Shown here: positions 63,550-64,000 of the stretch, one piece after another | How positions within the stretch are numbered: position 1 is the first letter of the stretch | Layout: every line of letters begins with the position of its first letter | Assembly (NCBI GenBank): GCA_977017645.1 | Contig: OZ360229.1 | Span: 29,140,001 to 29,204,000, forward strand | Source of the DNA: Torpedo marmorata | Taxonomy: Eukaryota | Reading direction: 5' to 3' | Length of the DNA stretch: 64,000 nucleotides | Notes under the pieces: model-generated | Databases searched by the model: none | Told to the model about the DNA's origin: nothing | What the model saw: only the letters and a program-made list of their open reading frames with translations | Position numbers and translations under genes: made by a program

Positions 63550-64000
63550 CAATTAACTAATAAGAAATTTCAATATAATATGTTACAGACTTATAAAACG
63601 GAGAAGACTATTACAAGAACTAAGCAAAGATATTATGAGTTAGGAGAACGCTCACATAAAGTATTAGCATGGCAGTTAAAAACAGAACAGGCACCAAGAA
63701 CAATTAATGCAGTTAAAACTGAGGCTGATGTTATTAGTTATAAACCTCAAATAATAAACGATTCTTTTAAAAAATTCTATTCTGATTTATACAAATCAGA
63801 ATCCCTGCAAGATGATAGTAAAATTGATGGATATCTATCACAGATAAATATGCAAGAGCAATTAGAATTAAGTACCCAATTTACGCAGAGGGAAGTGAAA
63901 GATGCAATGAGTTCACTACAAAGTAATAAAGCACCGGGGGAGGATGGTTTTCCGCCAGTTTTATAAAGAATTTAAGGAATTATTAATTCCTATTTTCATG
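63550..64000 (+). mobile_element. L1/Tx1-like ORF2 fragment related to 44363-47985; runs off the window
   Basis: RTKQRYYELGERSHKVLAWQLK...KAPGEDGFP. Confidence 0.88.

Overview
Eukaryotic (vertebrate) genomic DNA, most likely a cartilaginous fish (inferred from V-SINE/DeuSINE-like, CR1, L1/Tx1-like, Rex1/Babar and Penelope repeats plus gene content). Three spliced genes were reconstructed by hand with canonical GT-AG sites: NUDC (+, coding exons 2-9; exon 1 lies left of the window), KDF1 (-, three coding exons plus a putative CpG-island exon 1 at ~51.8 kb), and exons 4-8 of a V-ATPase V0 subunit d gene (-) that the ORF track almost entirely misses. The subunit d gene mixes d1- and d2-type residues and sits where mammals have no ATP6V0D gene, so it is a candidate third paralogue. 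The rest is nested mobile DNA. Notable items: a fold-back Tc1 element built from two inverted 5' halves, carrying an L1 and a Rex1 insertion; a 5S rRNA-headed SINE sharing a Rex1-like tail with other non-coding elements; Penelope termini with minimal hammerhead ribozyme motifs; and a 3'-truncated L1 ORF1 insertion with a 17-bp TSD. Homology calls rest on recalled family sequences, not on database searches.
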